Of a DNA stretch of 64,000 bases, positions 1-11,773 are shown in pieces. The position numbers were made by a program, and so were the translations under genes. Under the pieces are notes generated by a model. The model had not been told where the DNA came from and ran no database searches. It saw only the letters and a list, made by a program, of their open reading frames with translations. Location: positions 111,228,001-111,292,000 of the forward strand of contig OX597818.1 in the NCBI GenBank assembly GCA_951406725.2, given 5' to 3'. Source of the stretch: Octopus vulgaris (taxonomy: Eukaryota). Numbering within the stretch: position 1 is the first letter of the stretch; every line of letters begins with the position of its first letter.

Positions 1-565
1 GCCAGCCCCCTCACCCCTGACTGGCTCCTGTGCCAATGGCATGTAAAAAGCGCCATCTGAACTGGCTTCCGTGCCCATGCATGTAAAAGCACCATCCAGA
101 TGTGGTCTACACCAGACCCCTCTGGGCCCTCTGTCCCCTGTGCCAGTGACACATAAAAAGCACCCACTACACTCTCACAGTGGTTGGCATTAGGAAGGAC
201 ATCCAGCTGTAGAAACACTGCCAGATCAGATTGGAGTCTGGTGCAACCTCCTGGCTTCCCAGATCCCCAGTCGAACTGTGCAACCAATGCCAGCATGGAA
301 AGCGGACATTAATCGATGATGATGATGATGAATGGACTGTAGGAATGTAAAATAAAATGTCTTGCTCAAGGTCACACTGCACTATCAGGAATTGAACTCA
401 CAACCTTACAATCATGAACCTAATACCGTTATCACTAAGCCACATGGTTTCACAGTGATGATATATGATTAAGTGTTTGTATGTACGTACATATTTTATT
501 TGTGACATGGTATTTTAAGAAAACCCTTTATCATCATTGGAACTTTTCATTATGATTTGGAATAG

Positions 566-666
566 GTTTTGAACATGTGGAAGAATGGCTTCAATGTTGA
601 TAATGGACCATTAAGGGAATACACTGATGAAAGGAATAGAGAGTTTCTGGAATCCATCACCCGAAG
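566..666 (+). CDS. NSFL1C: Internal coding exon of NSFL1C/p47-like UBX protein (SEP domain, N-terminal part)
   Basis: Flanked by aatAG and GTaaat. Translates [33 protein letters not shown], matching the recalled p47 SEP segment [33 protein letters not shown]. Phase joins the next exon. Upstream exons lie outside the window. Paralog identity (NSFL1C vs UBXN2-like) is not resolved. Confidence 0.85.
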
Positions 667-1193
667 GTAAATCTTTCTCTTTCATTTTTTGCTTCATCTG
701 CAACCCTAACCCTAATAGTACTCTGTGTCTGAAAAGTTCAGAATAGCAAACATTACTTGGAATATTCATGGATTTTGTTGTGTATACTTTGTTTTGAATC
801 ATCTGTGGAATCCTTAATCATCTGCTGGTCTGATACATTTGTGGATTTATATAAGAAGTTGAAGAATGTATAAAGTATGACTTTGTTATTTGTTACAATT
901 GTTTCTGGACCTCTCTGTTTCTGATCACAATTGCATGTAAATGATTCTTTGTGAAAATTATGCTTTGGCACAGGCATGGTTGTATGGTAAGCTGTTTGCT
1001 TCCCAACCACATGGTTCTGGGTTCAGTCTCATTTCATGGCACTGAGGGCAAATATCACTTACTATAGCCTTTGGCTGACCAAAGCCTTGTGAATGGATTC
1101 TAGCTTCACTTCTTTCAAGTGTTGATGAATATTCTTTTTAACAAATCGTTCTCTTTATTTCTCTTCATCATCATTTAATGTCCACTTCTTCCT

Positions 1194-1288
1194 GGAGATA
1201 ATCATTCTGCAATACGTCTACTCACCAAGGGGAGATAATCATTCTGCAATATATATCTACTTACCAAGGGGAGATAATCATTCTGCAA
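1194..1288. repeat. Short tandem repeat, about 2.5 copies of a 37-39 bp unit
   Basis: ggagataatcattctgcaa at 1194, 1231 and 1270. Confidence 0.85.
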
Positions 1289-1420
1289 GGTGTTCTCAGA
1301 GTTAACCTAACTGTCAAATTTTTAATCTTTTTCTCTCCATTTGCATTGATGGTTTCATTATAATTTGTATCAGTTATCTATTTCTGTTTTATTATAGCTA
1401 GATTCCATTTCTATTTCCAG

Positions 1421-1558
1421 AGAAATTCCACAAGAACTCAGCAGAGAAGCTAAAGGAGGTAAAATTAATTTAAACATCAATGATTATCACACTAAGGATT
1501 ACGTTCCACCAAAGGAAACAGTTGCTGCTTTCTCAGGCAAAGGACATATGCTTGGAAG
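1421..1558 (+). CDS. NSFL1C: NSFL1C/p47-like exon (end of SEP domain plus SHP box)
   Basis: tttccAG acceptor and GTgaag donor. Translates EIPQELSREAKGGKINLNINDYHTKDYVPPKETVAAFSGKGHMLG(S), containing the SHP box FxGxGxxLG. Confidence 0.92.
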
Positions 1559-3294
1559 GTGAAGTTTACATATTATTATTATTACTATTATTATTATTAT
1601 TAAGGCGGTTAGCACACTGGGTGAAATGCTTAGCAGTATTTCATCTGTCTTTATGTTCTGAGTTCAAATTCCACTGCAGTTGACTTTGCCTTTTATCCTT
1701 TCGGGGGTCAATAAATTAAGTACCAGTTGCGTACTGGGGTCGAGGTAATCGACTGGCTTCCTCCCCATAAATTTCAGGCCTTGTACTTAGAGTAGAAAAG
1801 GATATAATTATATTAGAAGGCAGCGAGCTGGCAGAAATGTTAGTCAGGTGAAATACTTAGCTGTATTTCATCTGTTTTTATGTTCTGAGTTCAAATTCCA
1901 CCGAGGTCGACTTTGCCTTTCATCCTTTCGGGATAAATATATTAAGTACTAGTTGTGTACTGGGGTTGATCTAATTGGCTGTCCCCCTCCCCTAAAATTT
2001 CGGGCCTTGTGCCTAGAGTAGAAAAGATTATTATTATTGTTATTATTATTGAGTGAAAGAGCAGCATATGCCATCAAAGTGACACTGGGGTACAAATATA
2101 TGAAGCACAATATACCCATTATGTCTACCCATCTGACAAGAGTACACCAAGCACGTGTATCACAACCATATGTGCACAACATGGTGATCTCATATCAAGA
2201 TAAACAGTGCATGATCTTGCAGGTGGAACCCAATTAGAATTTTCTTCAGGTCAAGTAGCCCATTCAGCTCAAAAGGTATTTGATAAGGTTTGCTTATGGA
2301 TGAGGAATGAAACATCCATGTTTCCAGAGGTGAATTATTCAAACCCCTTCCCCACTTCCCCCCAATTACCTTTACTCCCCACCCAGTTATCTTACTTCCC
2401 CTTCCTACTGTTTCCACCAATCACCTCCTTTGTCTTTTCTTCTCTCCCTGAGGTGCTCTCCATCATTAACACCTTATTTGCCTGATATTATCCTCAATGC
2501 CCTCCCATATCTTCTGTAACCCCTGCCCCTAAGCCTCTCCTATATTTCTCTCCATCATTTACTACAGTCACCTCATCCTGTCTGTTAATCAAGCCCACAA
2601 TTAACCTGCTGTGCACTCCTTTCTTTTCCAACTAGGGTATCCATGTATCTGCTCTACAGCATGACATCTATCTTTTTCCCCTCTATACCTTGAATCTCTC
2701 AATTGGCACAAAACTACTCCCAGTTGCAAGTTTTGTTTTGCAAGGTACTTGGTAACCCTGTTGGTGCTGGTGCCATGAAAAAAACACTAGTATTTGTGTC
2801 ACATAAAAAGCACCCGGTACACTGTGTAAAATGGTTGGCATCCAGCTGTAGAAACCCTGATAAAAAAGACAACTGGAGCCTGGTGCAGCTCTCTGGCTTG
2901 CCAGCTCCTGTCAAACCCTCTAACCCATGTCAGCATGGAAAACAAATGTTAAATGATGATGATGACATTGTGGGTTCAAATCCTTCCATGATATATATAT
3001 ACTAGCAAATCTACCCATCTATGATGGAGCCATAAAATGAGGGTGTGAAGTCATAACAGCAGTATGTATTGAGAAATATGTAAATGGATTTGATAGATTA
3101 CTGGGTGATGTCTTAGAGAAATCACATTATTGTTGGCAATACAGCATTCTATTGCAGCTCTCTGACATGTGCTTGTGACAAAGTGACATGTGATGACGAT
3201 TCACTCCCAAACTGAAATAGGATCCCAGCCTCTCTATCATGAATGGTTATGTGGACCACTCCTAATGAAAGCCAGACCTTCCTTCAACCACTAC

Positions 3295-3918
3295 ATCATC
3301 ATCATCATCATCGTTTAATGTCCGCTTTCCATGCTGACATGGGTTGGATAGTTTGACTGCGGACTGGCGAGCCAGATGGCTGCACCAGGCTCCAATCTGA
3401 TCGGGCAGAATTTCTACAGCTGGATGCCCTTCCTAATGCCAACCACTCTGAGAGTGTAGTGAGTGCTTTTACATGCCACCAGCATGAGGGCCACTCAGGC
3501 AGTACTGGCAATGGCCATGCTCAAATGGTGTTTTTTACGTACCACCTGCACAGGAGCCAGTCCAGCGGCACTAGCAATGATCGCACTCGAATGTTGTTTT
3601 TCACGTGCCAGTAAGACGACGCTGGTAATGATCATGATCGAATGGTGCTTTTTACATGCCATCGGCACAGGAGCCAGTCAGCGGCCCTGGCAGCAATCAC
3701 GCTTGGATGGTGCTCTTAGCACTCCACTAGCATGGATGCCTGTCATGCGGTGCTGTCATTGAATTTGATTTTGATTTCACTTACCTCAACAGGTCTTTGC
3801 AAGTAGAGTTTAGTGTCCAATGAAGGAAAGGTATGCATAAGTGGGCTGGTTACACCCCTGACATAGGCCGCGGGTTATGGTCTTACTTGGCTTGCCGGGT
3901 CTTCTCAAGCACAGCATA
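3295..3918 (-). mobile_element. Short 5'-truncated copy of the same RTE-like LINE family (ORF end plus 3' UTR)
   Basis: (CAT)n tail at 3295, conserved tail segment, subrepeats, then cttgccgggtcttctcaagcacagcata, the reverse complement of the ORF end at 8401-8430. Further tail-only copies at about 1-331(+), 2750-2965(+), 5803-6050(-), 10712-10930(-), 12173-12620(-), 16747-16925(-) and 29822-30017(+). Confidence 0.85.
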
Positions 3919-4296
3919 TCTGTTGGAGAAAATATTTGGTCATAGACATTCCGATTGTGAACATCCCATCTTGGACTGCTCAATGGAACCTACCCCAGTA
4001 CTTATTTGTCTGTAAAGTCTGCTGCTTATTCTATTGGTCTTTTTTGCCAAACTGCTAAGTTATGTGGATGTAAACACACCAACACCAGTTGGCAAGCAAT
4101 GGTGAGGGACAACCGCGGACACAAATACACTCACAAACATATGATGAGCTTCTTACAATTTCCCTCTACCATAACCATTCACAAGGTCTGAGGTTGTAGT
4201 AGAAGACACTTGCTCACGGTGCCATGCAGAGGGACTGAACCCAGAACCATGTGGTTGGGAAGTAAACTTCTTACCACACAGCCACACCTGGATAAA

Positions 4297-4681
4297 TCTC
4301 TCTCTATATATAAAGCTGAAGTTGTCTGTGTATGGCAGGTTTGGTAGTCTTCAACTAATACTATCTCCTCCGAGACCCTGCGGCGCAAGTTGACCAAAAT
4401 TGAGAGTATGATAGAAGAAGGCTTGCTCTTCTTTCCGTAGAAGAATAAATTCAAATCGGACCATGTTAACACCAAACATTATTTACATCAAAAAGGTGCT
4501 TTTTTTCTATGAAAATCTCTATTTTTTTTACTGCTGTGTCGCCATTTTTTGGTGTATTTCAACCAGAAAATTGTTCACTTAAAGAGAATAACAAGCTACA
4601 TAATGCAAAATTTTTACTTTTCAAAAATTCCAATTCTAAAGGGTCGAAACAAGCCCGAGCAACGCTGGGCGATACTACTAG
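4297..4681 (+). mobile_element. Non-autonomous Helitron, family 1
   Basis: A|TC start, subterminal hairpin cccgagcaacgctggg, CTAG|T end, no TSD. Further copies at 49375-49745 and 50890-51282. Confidence 0.85.
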
Positions 4682-4984
4682 TAAACTATAAAACTATGAT
4701 GATTATTTATTTACTTTACTCCTGGTACTATACAGCAATGGTAAATTCTTGTGAGTTGAATCTGCTACAATTTATTTTCAGTTTTCGTCATTGCTGTTGA
4801 CAAATGCCATGTCATCATTATTTTCCTTCAACTCTTCTTTCAAAAATTCCAGTCATAGTTTCTGTGAACAAAGCCATAATTAAACACATTTTCATTTATT
4901 AATTCTTTCATATACTGTTATAGTAACCAACTCAAAATAACCTTAATCTTTTTCCCTCTTCTCATTCTTTTTTTTTTCATAAAG

Positions 4985-5119
4985 CCCTTTACCTGGTATG
5001 GTATCTACGACCAACACATCCCCAGCAACTTCAGCTTCCAGTGCTCCAGTATCAAACATTGAAGTTAATAAATCTTTACCAACCACAAATCTGCAAATTC
5101 GACTTTCTGATGGATCAAG
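4985..5119 (+). CDS. NSFL1C: NSFL1C/p47-like exon (linker plus start of UBX domain)
   Basis: Poly-T tract then aaAG, donor GTaaat. Translates PLPGMVSTTNTSPATSASSAPVSNIEVNKSLPTTNLQIRLSDGS(R); PTTNLQIRLSDG is the typical UBX start. Phase 2 on both sides is consistent with neighbours. Confidence 0.92.
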
Positions 5120-6831
5120 GTAAATTCTCTATTATTCCTTCTCTTTATCTATAAGCTACTAAAATTCTGTGATTGCTTGCTTGCATGCTTGACTGTAATT
5201 TAATACAGCCAAACTAGTGCATAATGAGAAAATACTCTGAAAGTAAGGTATCCCTGAAATGTGAATACAAAATAGAATAAAATAAGTTTTGTGTAAATTG
5301 GACCACGGATTCCCTAGATATGCAGCTTTTTTTTGTACCTTCATAAATAGGCAAAACAGTGCATAATGGGAAAGTACTCTGAAAGTAACATAATCCTGAT
5401 ATGGGAATATATGATATTGTGAAAATTGTTTCCATTAATTTTATGTTTACAATATATAACAATTTATTTTGCATTTTTGCAGAAGTGTGCTCATATGTCC
5501 TAAATAAATGCGGTTACTGGAGTTCAAGTTTATCCTGGAAGTTCTATTTCTATTAGATGCTGTAAATAACCAATAAAATTGTAAACATGAACTTGTGAAC
5601 CATACCTATGATGACATAAAAGATTTGAAATAGTTAACTGAATCATCCTAAAATTCACTTTCAATGCAATATTGAACTCAGCTTCAGTGTTTTATAACCT
5701 GAACCGTCAGTGACCCAATGGGTCATGGGTAGTCTTGTCTTATATAAAATTCATAAATTTTTTTTTCATGTGACCTCTCTTCTTTCTGAGATGACTCCCA
5801 TATCATCATCATCATCATCATCATTACTTAATGTCTGTTTTTTTTGCTAGCATGGGTTGGACGGTTTGACAGGAGCTGGCAAGCTGGAGAGTTGCACTGA
5901 GCTCCTGTTGTCTATTTTGGCATGGCTTGTAAGGCTGGATGATGCCCTTCCTAATGCCAACCACTTTACAGAGTGTACTGGGTGCTTTTTACATGGCACC
6001 TAGTACAGGTGCTTTTTATGTGGCACGGGCACAGATGCTTTTTATTTGGCAAGACAAAGACCTCATACTTTATCAAAATGAAGTTGATGCTACATGGTAC
6101 ATCTTTTTGCTACTTGAGACTTTTTATTTTACATCAGTCTGTTTGGCAGGAACTGGCAGGTCGGAGGGCTGCACCAGGTTCCTGTCGCCTGTTTTGATAT
6201 GGTGCATAAAAGTATATATATAATGAAGTCAAGGTAAAAAAGCAAAAGAAAATACACAAACTCCCAGTGTATGTTGGGTCAATAGTTGGGAAATGGAAAA
6301 ACAGAAGGAAACGTCTTTTATGTTTTCAGTATTCACTTCACTTCTGAGAAAAAGGAGAGACAAGGAGATAAAAACCAGAGAAAGAAAACGAAGAAAAAAA
6401 AATGCATGTGTGTGTGTGTGTGGGGGGGGGGGACATGGTACAGTGTGGATAAGAAGGGAATGAAGTGTAATAAGCTACAACTTGGAGGATTTTTTTGTAA
6501 ATTAGTCTTGAGAGAAGAAGAATGTTAAAGTATCTGAAGCCCTTTTAGGTTTTCTGACATGTGGATAGATGGAATGAGTTTGTTGTGGTTAATGTTCAGT
6601 TTGAAGTTTTGTAGAGCTTGGAGAGAAAAGATAAAAACTGATGCAGCTTTGAAGAAAAAAGCAATTATAGGCACTGCTGTGGCTGTGTGGTAAGAAGCTT
6701 GCTTCCCAACCACATGGTTCTGGGTTCAGACCATCTGCCTGGCACATTTGGCAAGTGTCTGCTACTGCAGCTTCGGGCTGACCAAAGTGTTGTGGGTAAA
6801 TTTGGTTGATGGAACCTGAAAGAAGCTTGTC

Positions 6832-6868
<37 letters not shown>

Positions 6869-7061
6869 TGTGTTTGTCCCCTACCACTGCTTGACAACTG
6901 GTGTTTAATTGTTTTCCATATTTACAGTTAAAAAAGTCTCAATGACCGAAACCGTTACTGAAATATTTTTTACAAAATTATTTTAGCATTTTCTATCCTG
7001 ACTTTTTTTTCCATATATATATATATATATATATCAACTCATGTGTTCCTTTTTAACCTTC

Positions 7062-7099
<38 letters not shown>

Positions 7100-7240
7100 T
7101 AAATGAGGGTGAAAAATTCGATATTAATTTAATAATACCATCAGTTTAACACCAAGTGGCTTAGCACATAAAAACCAGGGAGACAATACAAATTTATACA
7201 TAAATATATTTATGTATATTTATACATAAATATATTTATG

Positions 7241-7272
<32 letters not shown>

Positions 7273-7277
<5 letters not shown>

Positions 7278-8433
7278 GATAGATGAATGGTTAGTGAGAG
7301 CTGTGCAAGCCATGTACAGAGACGCTGCTAGTAAGGTGAGGGTTGGCAACGAGTACAGTGAAGAATTCCGGGTAGAGGTTGGGGTCCACCAAGGTTCAGT
7401 CCTCAGTCCCCTCCTATTTATCATAGTCCTCCAGGCAATAACGGAGGAATTCAAGACAGGATGCCCCTGGGAGCTCCTCTATGCTGACGACCTTGCTCTA
7501 ATTGCTAAGTCACTATCAGAACTGGAGGAGAAGTTTCAGGTGTGGAAACAAGGATTAGAATCGAAGGGCCTTAGAATCAACCTAGCCAAAACCAAAGTCC
7601 TAATAAGTAGGAAGGTGGACCAATCACAAACGACTTCAGGTAGATGGCCCTGCTCGATCTGTAAAAAAGGTGTAGGTAGAAACTCTATAAGGTGCACCAA
7701 GTGTAAGCTATGGACACATAAGAGGTGCAGCAATGTCAAAGGAAGGCTAACTAGGAAAATAGTTTTTGTTTGTGGCAGATGCTCAGGAGCAATAAACACT
7801 GGAAATGTGCAGAGACCAACTTCTACCACGTTCCAGGGAGACAAACTAGAAGTAGTTGATAGCTTCCGCTACCTAGGAGACCAAGTCAGTAGCGGGGGTG
7901 GGTGTGCTGAAAGTGTAACTGCTAGAGTAAGAATAGCTTGGGCAAAGTTTAGAGAGCTCTTACCCCTGCTGGTGACAAAAGGCCTCTCGCTCAGAGTAAA
8001 AGGCAGACTGTATGATGCATGTGTACGTACAGCCATGCTACATGGTAGTGAAACATGGGCCATGACTGCTGAGGATATGCGTAAGCTTGCAAGAAATGAA
8101 GCCAGTATGCTCCGATGGATGTGTAATGTCAGTGTTCATAATCGTCAGAGTGTAAGTACCTTGAGAGAAAAGTTGAACCTAAGAAGCGTCAATTGTGGTG
8201 TGCAAGAGAGACAGCTGCGCTGGTATGGTCATGTGACGAGAATGGCTGTAGATAGTTGTGTGCAAAAGTGCTACACCCTAGCAGTTGAGGGAACCTGTGG
8301 AAGAGGTAGACCCAGGAAAACCTGGGACGAGGTGGTGAAGCACGACCTTCGAACTTTAGGTCTCACCAAGGAAATGACTAGAGACCGAGACCTATGGAAG
8401 TATGCTGTGCGTGAGAAGACCCGGCAAGAGTAG
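7273..8433 (+). CDS. Partial reverse transcriptase of RTE-like LINE with an inserted PHD finger
   Basis: Motifs GVHQGSVLSPLLF, LYADDL, INLAKTKVL, FRYLG, (Y/H)GSETW, LRWYGHV and RGRPRKTW are typical of RTE/BovB-type ORFs. No stops over 386 codons. Confidence 0.9.
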
Positions 8434-10418
8434 TCAGGCCATAACCCGTGGCCCCTACCTGGGACGTAGTCAGTCCACCTGTGCATACCTTCCTTCTTGT
8501 GACACTTGTGAAGACCTGTTGAGGCAAGTGAAAGTGAAAATCAAAATAAAATAGATGATCATCAATGGAATTTGTATCTTTGTTACCAGTGCCGGTGGCA
8601 CACAAGAAAACCATCCGAACGTGGCCGTAGCCAGTACCGCATCGACTGGCCTCCGTGCTGTGGGCACATAGCAAACACCATCCGATCGTGGCCATTCGCC
8701 AGCCTCATCTGGCACCTGTGTCGGTGGCACATAAAAACACCATCCGAAGACCCGGCAAGACTAGTCAGGCCATAACCCGTGGCCCCTACCTGGGACGTAG
8801 TCAGTTCACCTGTGCATACCTCCCTTCTTGTGACACTTGTGAAGACCTGTTGAGGCAAGTGAAAATCAAAAAAAATCAAAAAAATCAAAACAAATCGAAA
8901 TAGATGAATATCAATGGAATTTGTATCTTTGTGGTACCAGTGCCGGTGGCACACAAGAAAACCATCCGAACGTGGCCGTAGCCAGTACTGCATCGACTGG
9001 CCTCCGTGCTGTGGGCACGTAACAAACACCATCCGATCGTGGCCGTTCGCCAGCCTCATCCGGCACCTGTGTCGGTGGCACATAAAAACACCATCCGACG
9101 ACCCGGCAAGACTAGTCAGGCCATAATCCGTGGCCCCAACCTGGGACGTAGTCAGTCCACCTGTGCATACCTTCCTTCTTGTGACACTTGTGAAGACCTG
9201 TTGAGGCAAGTGAAAGTGAAAATCAAAATAAAATAGATGATCATCAATGGAATTTGTATCTTTATGGTACCAGTGCCGGTGGCACACAAGAAAACCATCT
9301 GAACGTGGCCGTAGCCAGTACCGCATCGACTGGCCTCCGTGCTGTGGGCACGTAACAAACACCATCCGATCATGTCCGTTCGCCAGCCTCATCAGGCACC
9401 TGTGTCGGTGGCACATAAAAACACCATCTGAAGACCTGGCAAGACTAGTCAGGCCATAACCCGTGGCCCCTACCTGGGACGTAGTCAGTCCGCCTGTGCA
9501 TACCTTCCTTCTTGTGACACTTGTGAAGACCTGTTTAGGCAAGTGATCAAATCAAATCAAAACAAATCAAAATAGATGAACATCAATGGAATTTGTATCT
9601 TTGTGGTACCAGGGCCGGTGGCACACAAGATAACCATCCGAACATGGCCGTAGCCAGTACCGCATCGACTGGCCTCTGTGCTGTGGGCTCATAACAAACA
9701 CCATCCGATCGTGGCCGTTCGCCAGCCTCATCTGGCACCTGTGTCGGTGGCACATAAAAACACCATCCGAAGACCCGGCAAGACTAGTCAGGCCATAACC
9801 CGTGGCCTCTACTTGGGACGTAGTCAGTCCACCTGTGCATACCTTCCTTCTTGTGACACTTGTGAAGACCTGTTGAGACAAGTGATCAAATCAAATCAAA
9901 TCAAATCAAAATAGATGAACATCAATGGAATTTGTATCTTTGTGGTACCAGTGCCGGTGGCACACAAGAAAACCATCCGAACGTGGCCGTAGCCAGTACC
10001 GCATCGACTGGCCTCCGTGCTGTGGGCACGTAACAAACACCATCCATCTGGCACCTGTGTCGGAGACACATAAAAACATCATCCGAAGACCCGGCAAGAC
10101 TAGTCAGGCCATAACCCGTGGCCCCTACCTGGGACGTTGTCAGTTCACCTGTGCATACCTTCCTTCCTTCTTGTGACACTTGTGAAGACCTGTTGAGGCA
10201 AGTGAAAATCAAATCAAATCAAATCAAAATAGATGAACATCAATATCTTTGTGGTACCAGTGCCGGTGGCACACAAGAAAACCATCCGAACGTGGCCGTA
10301 GCCAATACCGCATCGACTGGCCTCCGTGCTGTGGGCACGTAAGAAACACCATCCGATCGTGGCCGTTCGTCAGCCTCGTCTGGCACCTGTGTCGGTGGCA
10401 CATAAAAACACCATCCGA
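8415..10418 (+). repeat. Tandem array of six ~316-351 bp units (ORF end plus 3' UTR of the LINE)
   Basis: Unit start GAAGACCCGGCAAGA (or a 1-nt variant) at 8415, 8746, 9097, 9430, 9769 and 10085. Confidence 0.95.
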
Positions 10419-11207
10419 GCGTGGCCGTTCGCCAGCCTTGTCTGGCGTGGCCGTTCGCCAGCCTCGTCTGGCACCTGTGTCGGTGGCACATAAAATCACC
10501 CACTACACTCTCGGAGTGGTTGGCGTTAGGAAGGGCATCCAGCTGTAGAAACACTGCCAGATCTGACTGGCCTGGTGCAGCCATCGGGCTCCCCAGACCC
10601 CAGTTGAACCGTCCAACCCATGCTAGCATGGAAAGCGGACGTTAAATGATGATGATGATGATGATGTGTGTGTGTGTGTGTGTGTGTGTTTGTGTATACA
10701 CAGACACTCATATTATCATCATCATCATTTAACGTCCATTTTCCATGCTGGCATGGGTTGGAAGGCTTGACAGGAACTGGTAAAGCCAGGGACCACACCA
10801 GGTTCCATAGTCTGTTTTGACTGGGTCTCTACCGGTGGCTGCCCTTGCTAATGCCAACCACTTTACAGAGTGTACTGGGTGCTTTTTACATGACACCATC
10901 ACCAGTGCTTTTTTATGTGGCACCTTGCATTTAGGCTATCACTTCTGTTGTGGTGGGCAGGTCTTGGGCATATGTAGATGTGTGGATCTGTGTGCATTAA
11001 TATGTATGTCTGTGTATATGAATGGATGAATGCGTTCATGCGTTGGTGTTTCTGTTGTAGAGACTTTTGTATAGCTGGATTAATATATTTGATTATGACT
11101 TAGTGTGATTGTCACTGTCAACATCATTAACATCATCACCATCACCATCACCATCACCGGTGTATGTAGAAAAATGTATTTAAAATTTTACTCTTGTATC
11201 TTTCCAG

Positions 11208-11267
11208 GATGACCCTGAAGCTGAACCACACCCATCAAATTAGTGACATTAGGACACATATTTTATT
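11208..11267 (+). CDS. NSFL1C: NSFL1C/p47-like 60-nt exon (UBX domain)
   Basis: tttccAG acceptor. Translates (R)MTLKLNHTHQISDIRTHIL(L), similar to p47 RLVQKFNHSHRISDIRLFI. Followed by the donor GTATCCTTT. Confidence 0.9.
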
Positions 11268-11392
11268 GTATCCTTTGATTTGTGACTGTACTTTCTCTTC
11301 TCATTTCTTTCCAACTTTTCAAACCTGATGGCTATATAAACCCCAGATGTAATCTCATTTGAGCTCTAATCCATCAGATGTGAAACTTGTAC

Positions 11393-11428
<36 letters not shown>

Positions 11429-11735
11429 TATACATATATATCTGAGTGTGCGTGTGTGTGTATTTGTCCCCAATCACTGTTTGAAAACTTTGTTGATGTA
11501 TTTACATCCCTGTAACTTAGTGGTTTGGCAAAAGATACTGATAGAATTAGTAGTAGGTTTTTAAAATATAAAATAAGGACTGGGTTTGATTCATTTGACT
11601 AAAATTCTTCCAAGTGTTGCCCCAGCATGGTCACAGCCAACAACTGAAACACTTTCTGTCAGTGTGACTTTGGAAACTGAGAGATTTTGAAGGAATTTTT
11701 ACTATTTAAATTCTACTTTGTAATGTCTGTCTGTT

Positions 11736-11773
<38 letters not shown>

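Larger units (their letters stand above)
7273..10665 (+). mobile_element. 5'-truncated RTE-like non-LTR retrotransposon in an NSFL1C intron, with tandemly amplified 3' UTR and (GAT)n tail
   Basis: Open 386-aa RT C-terminal half, then 3' UTR repeats, ending in gaaagcggacgttaaat(gat)n. The 5' end abuts a (TA)n tract. Confidence 0.9.

Noticed and set aside
702-714. AACCCTAACCCTA telomeric-like repeat
   Set aside because: Only two units in an intron; expected by chance.
1258-1278. ACTTACC..GGGGAGATA resembling the 5' end of vertebrate U1 snRNA
   Set aside because: The match is two short blocks with wrong spacing inside a local tandem repeat. No stem-loops or Sm site follow.
8583-9542. 319-aa minus-strand ORF and many similar short ORFs over the array
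   Set aside because: Antisense translation of the tandem UTR units; the peptide simply repeats with the DNA period and has no recognisable domain.
8415-10500. RT gene followed by a repeat array, suggesting a CRISPR-, retron- or DGR-like system
   Set aside because: The units are whole-length homologous copies of the LINE's own 3' UTR with no unique spacers. There are no cas or accessory genes, and the context is a eukaryotic intron.
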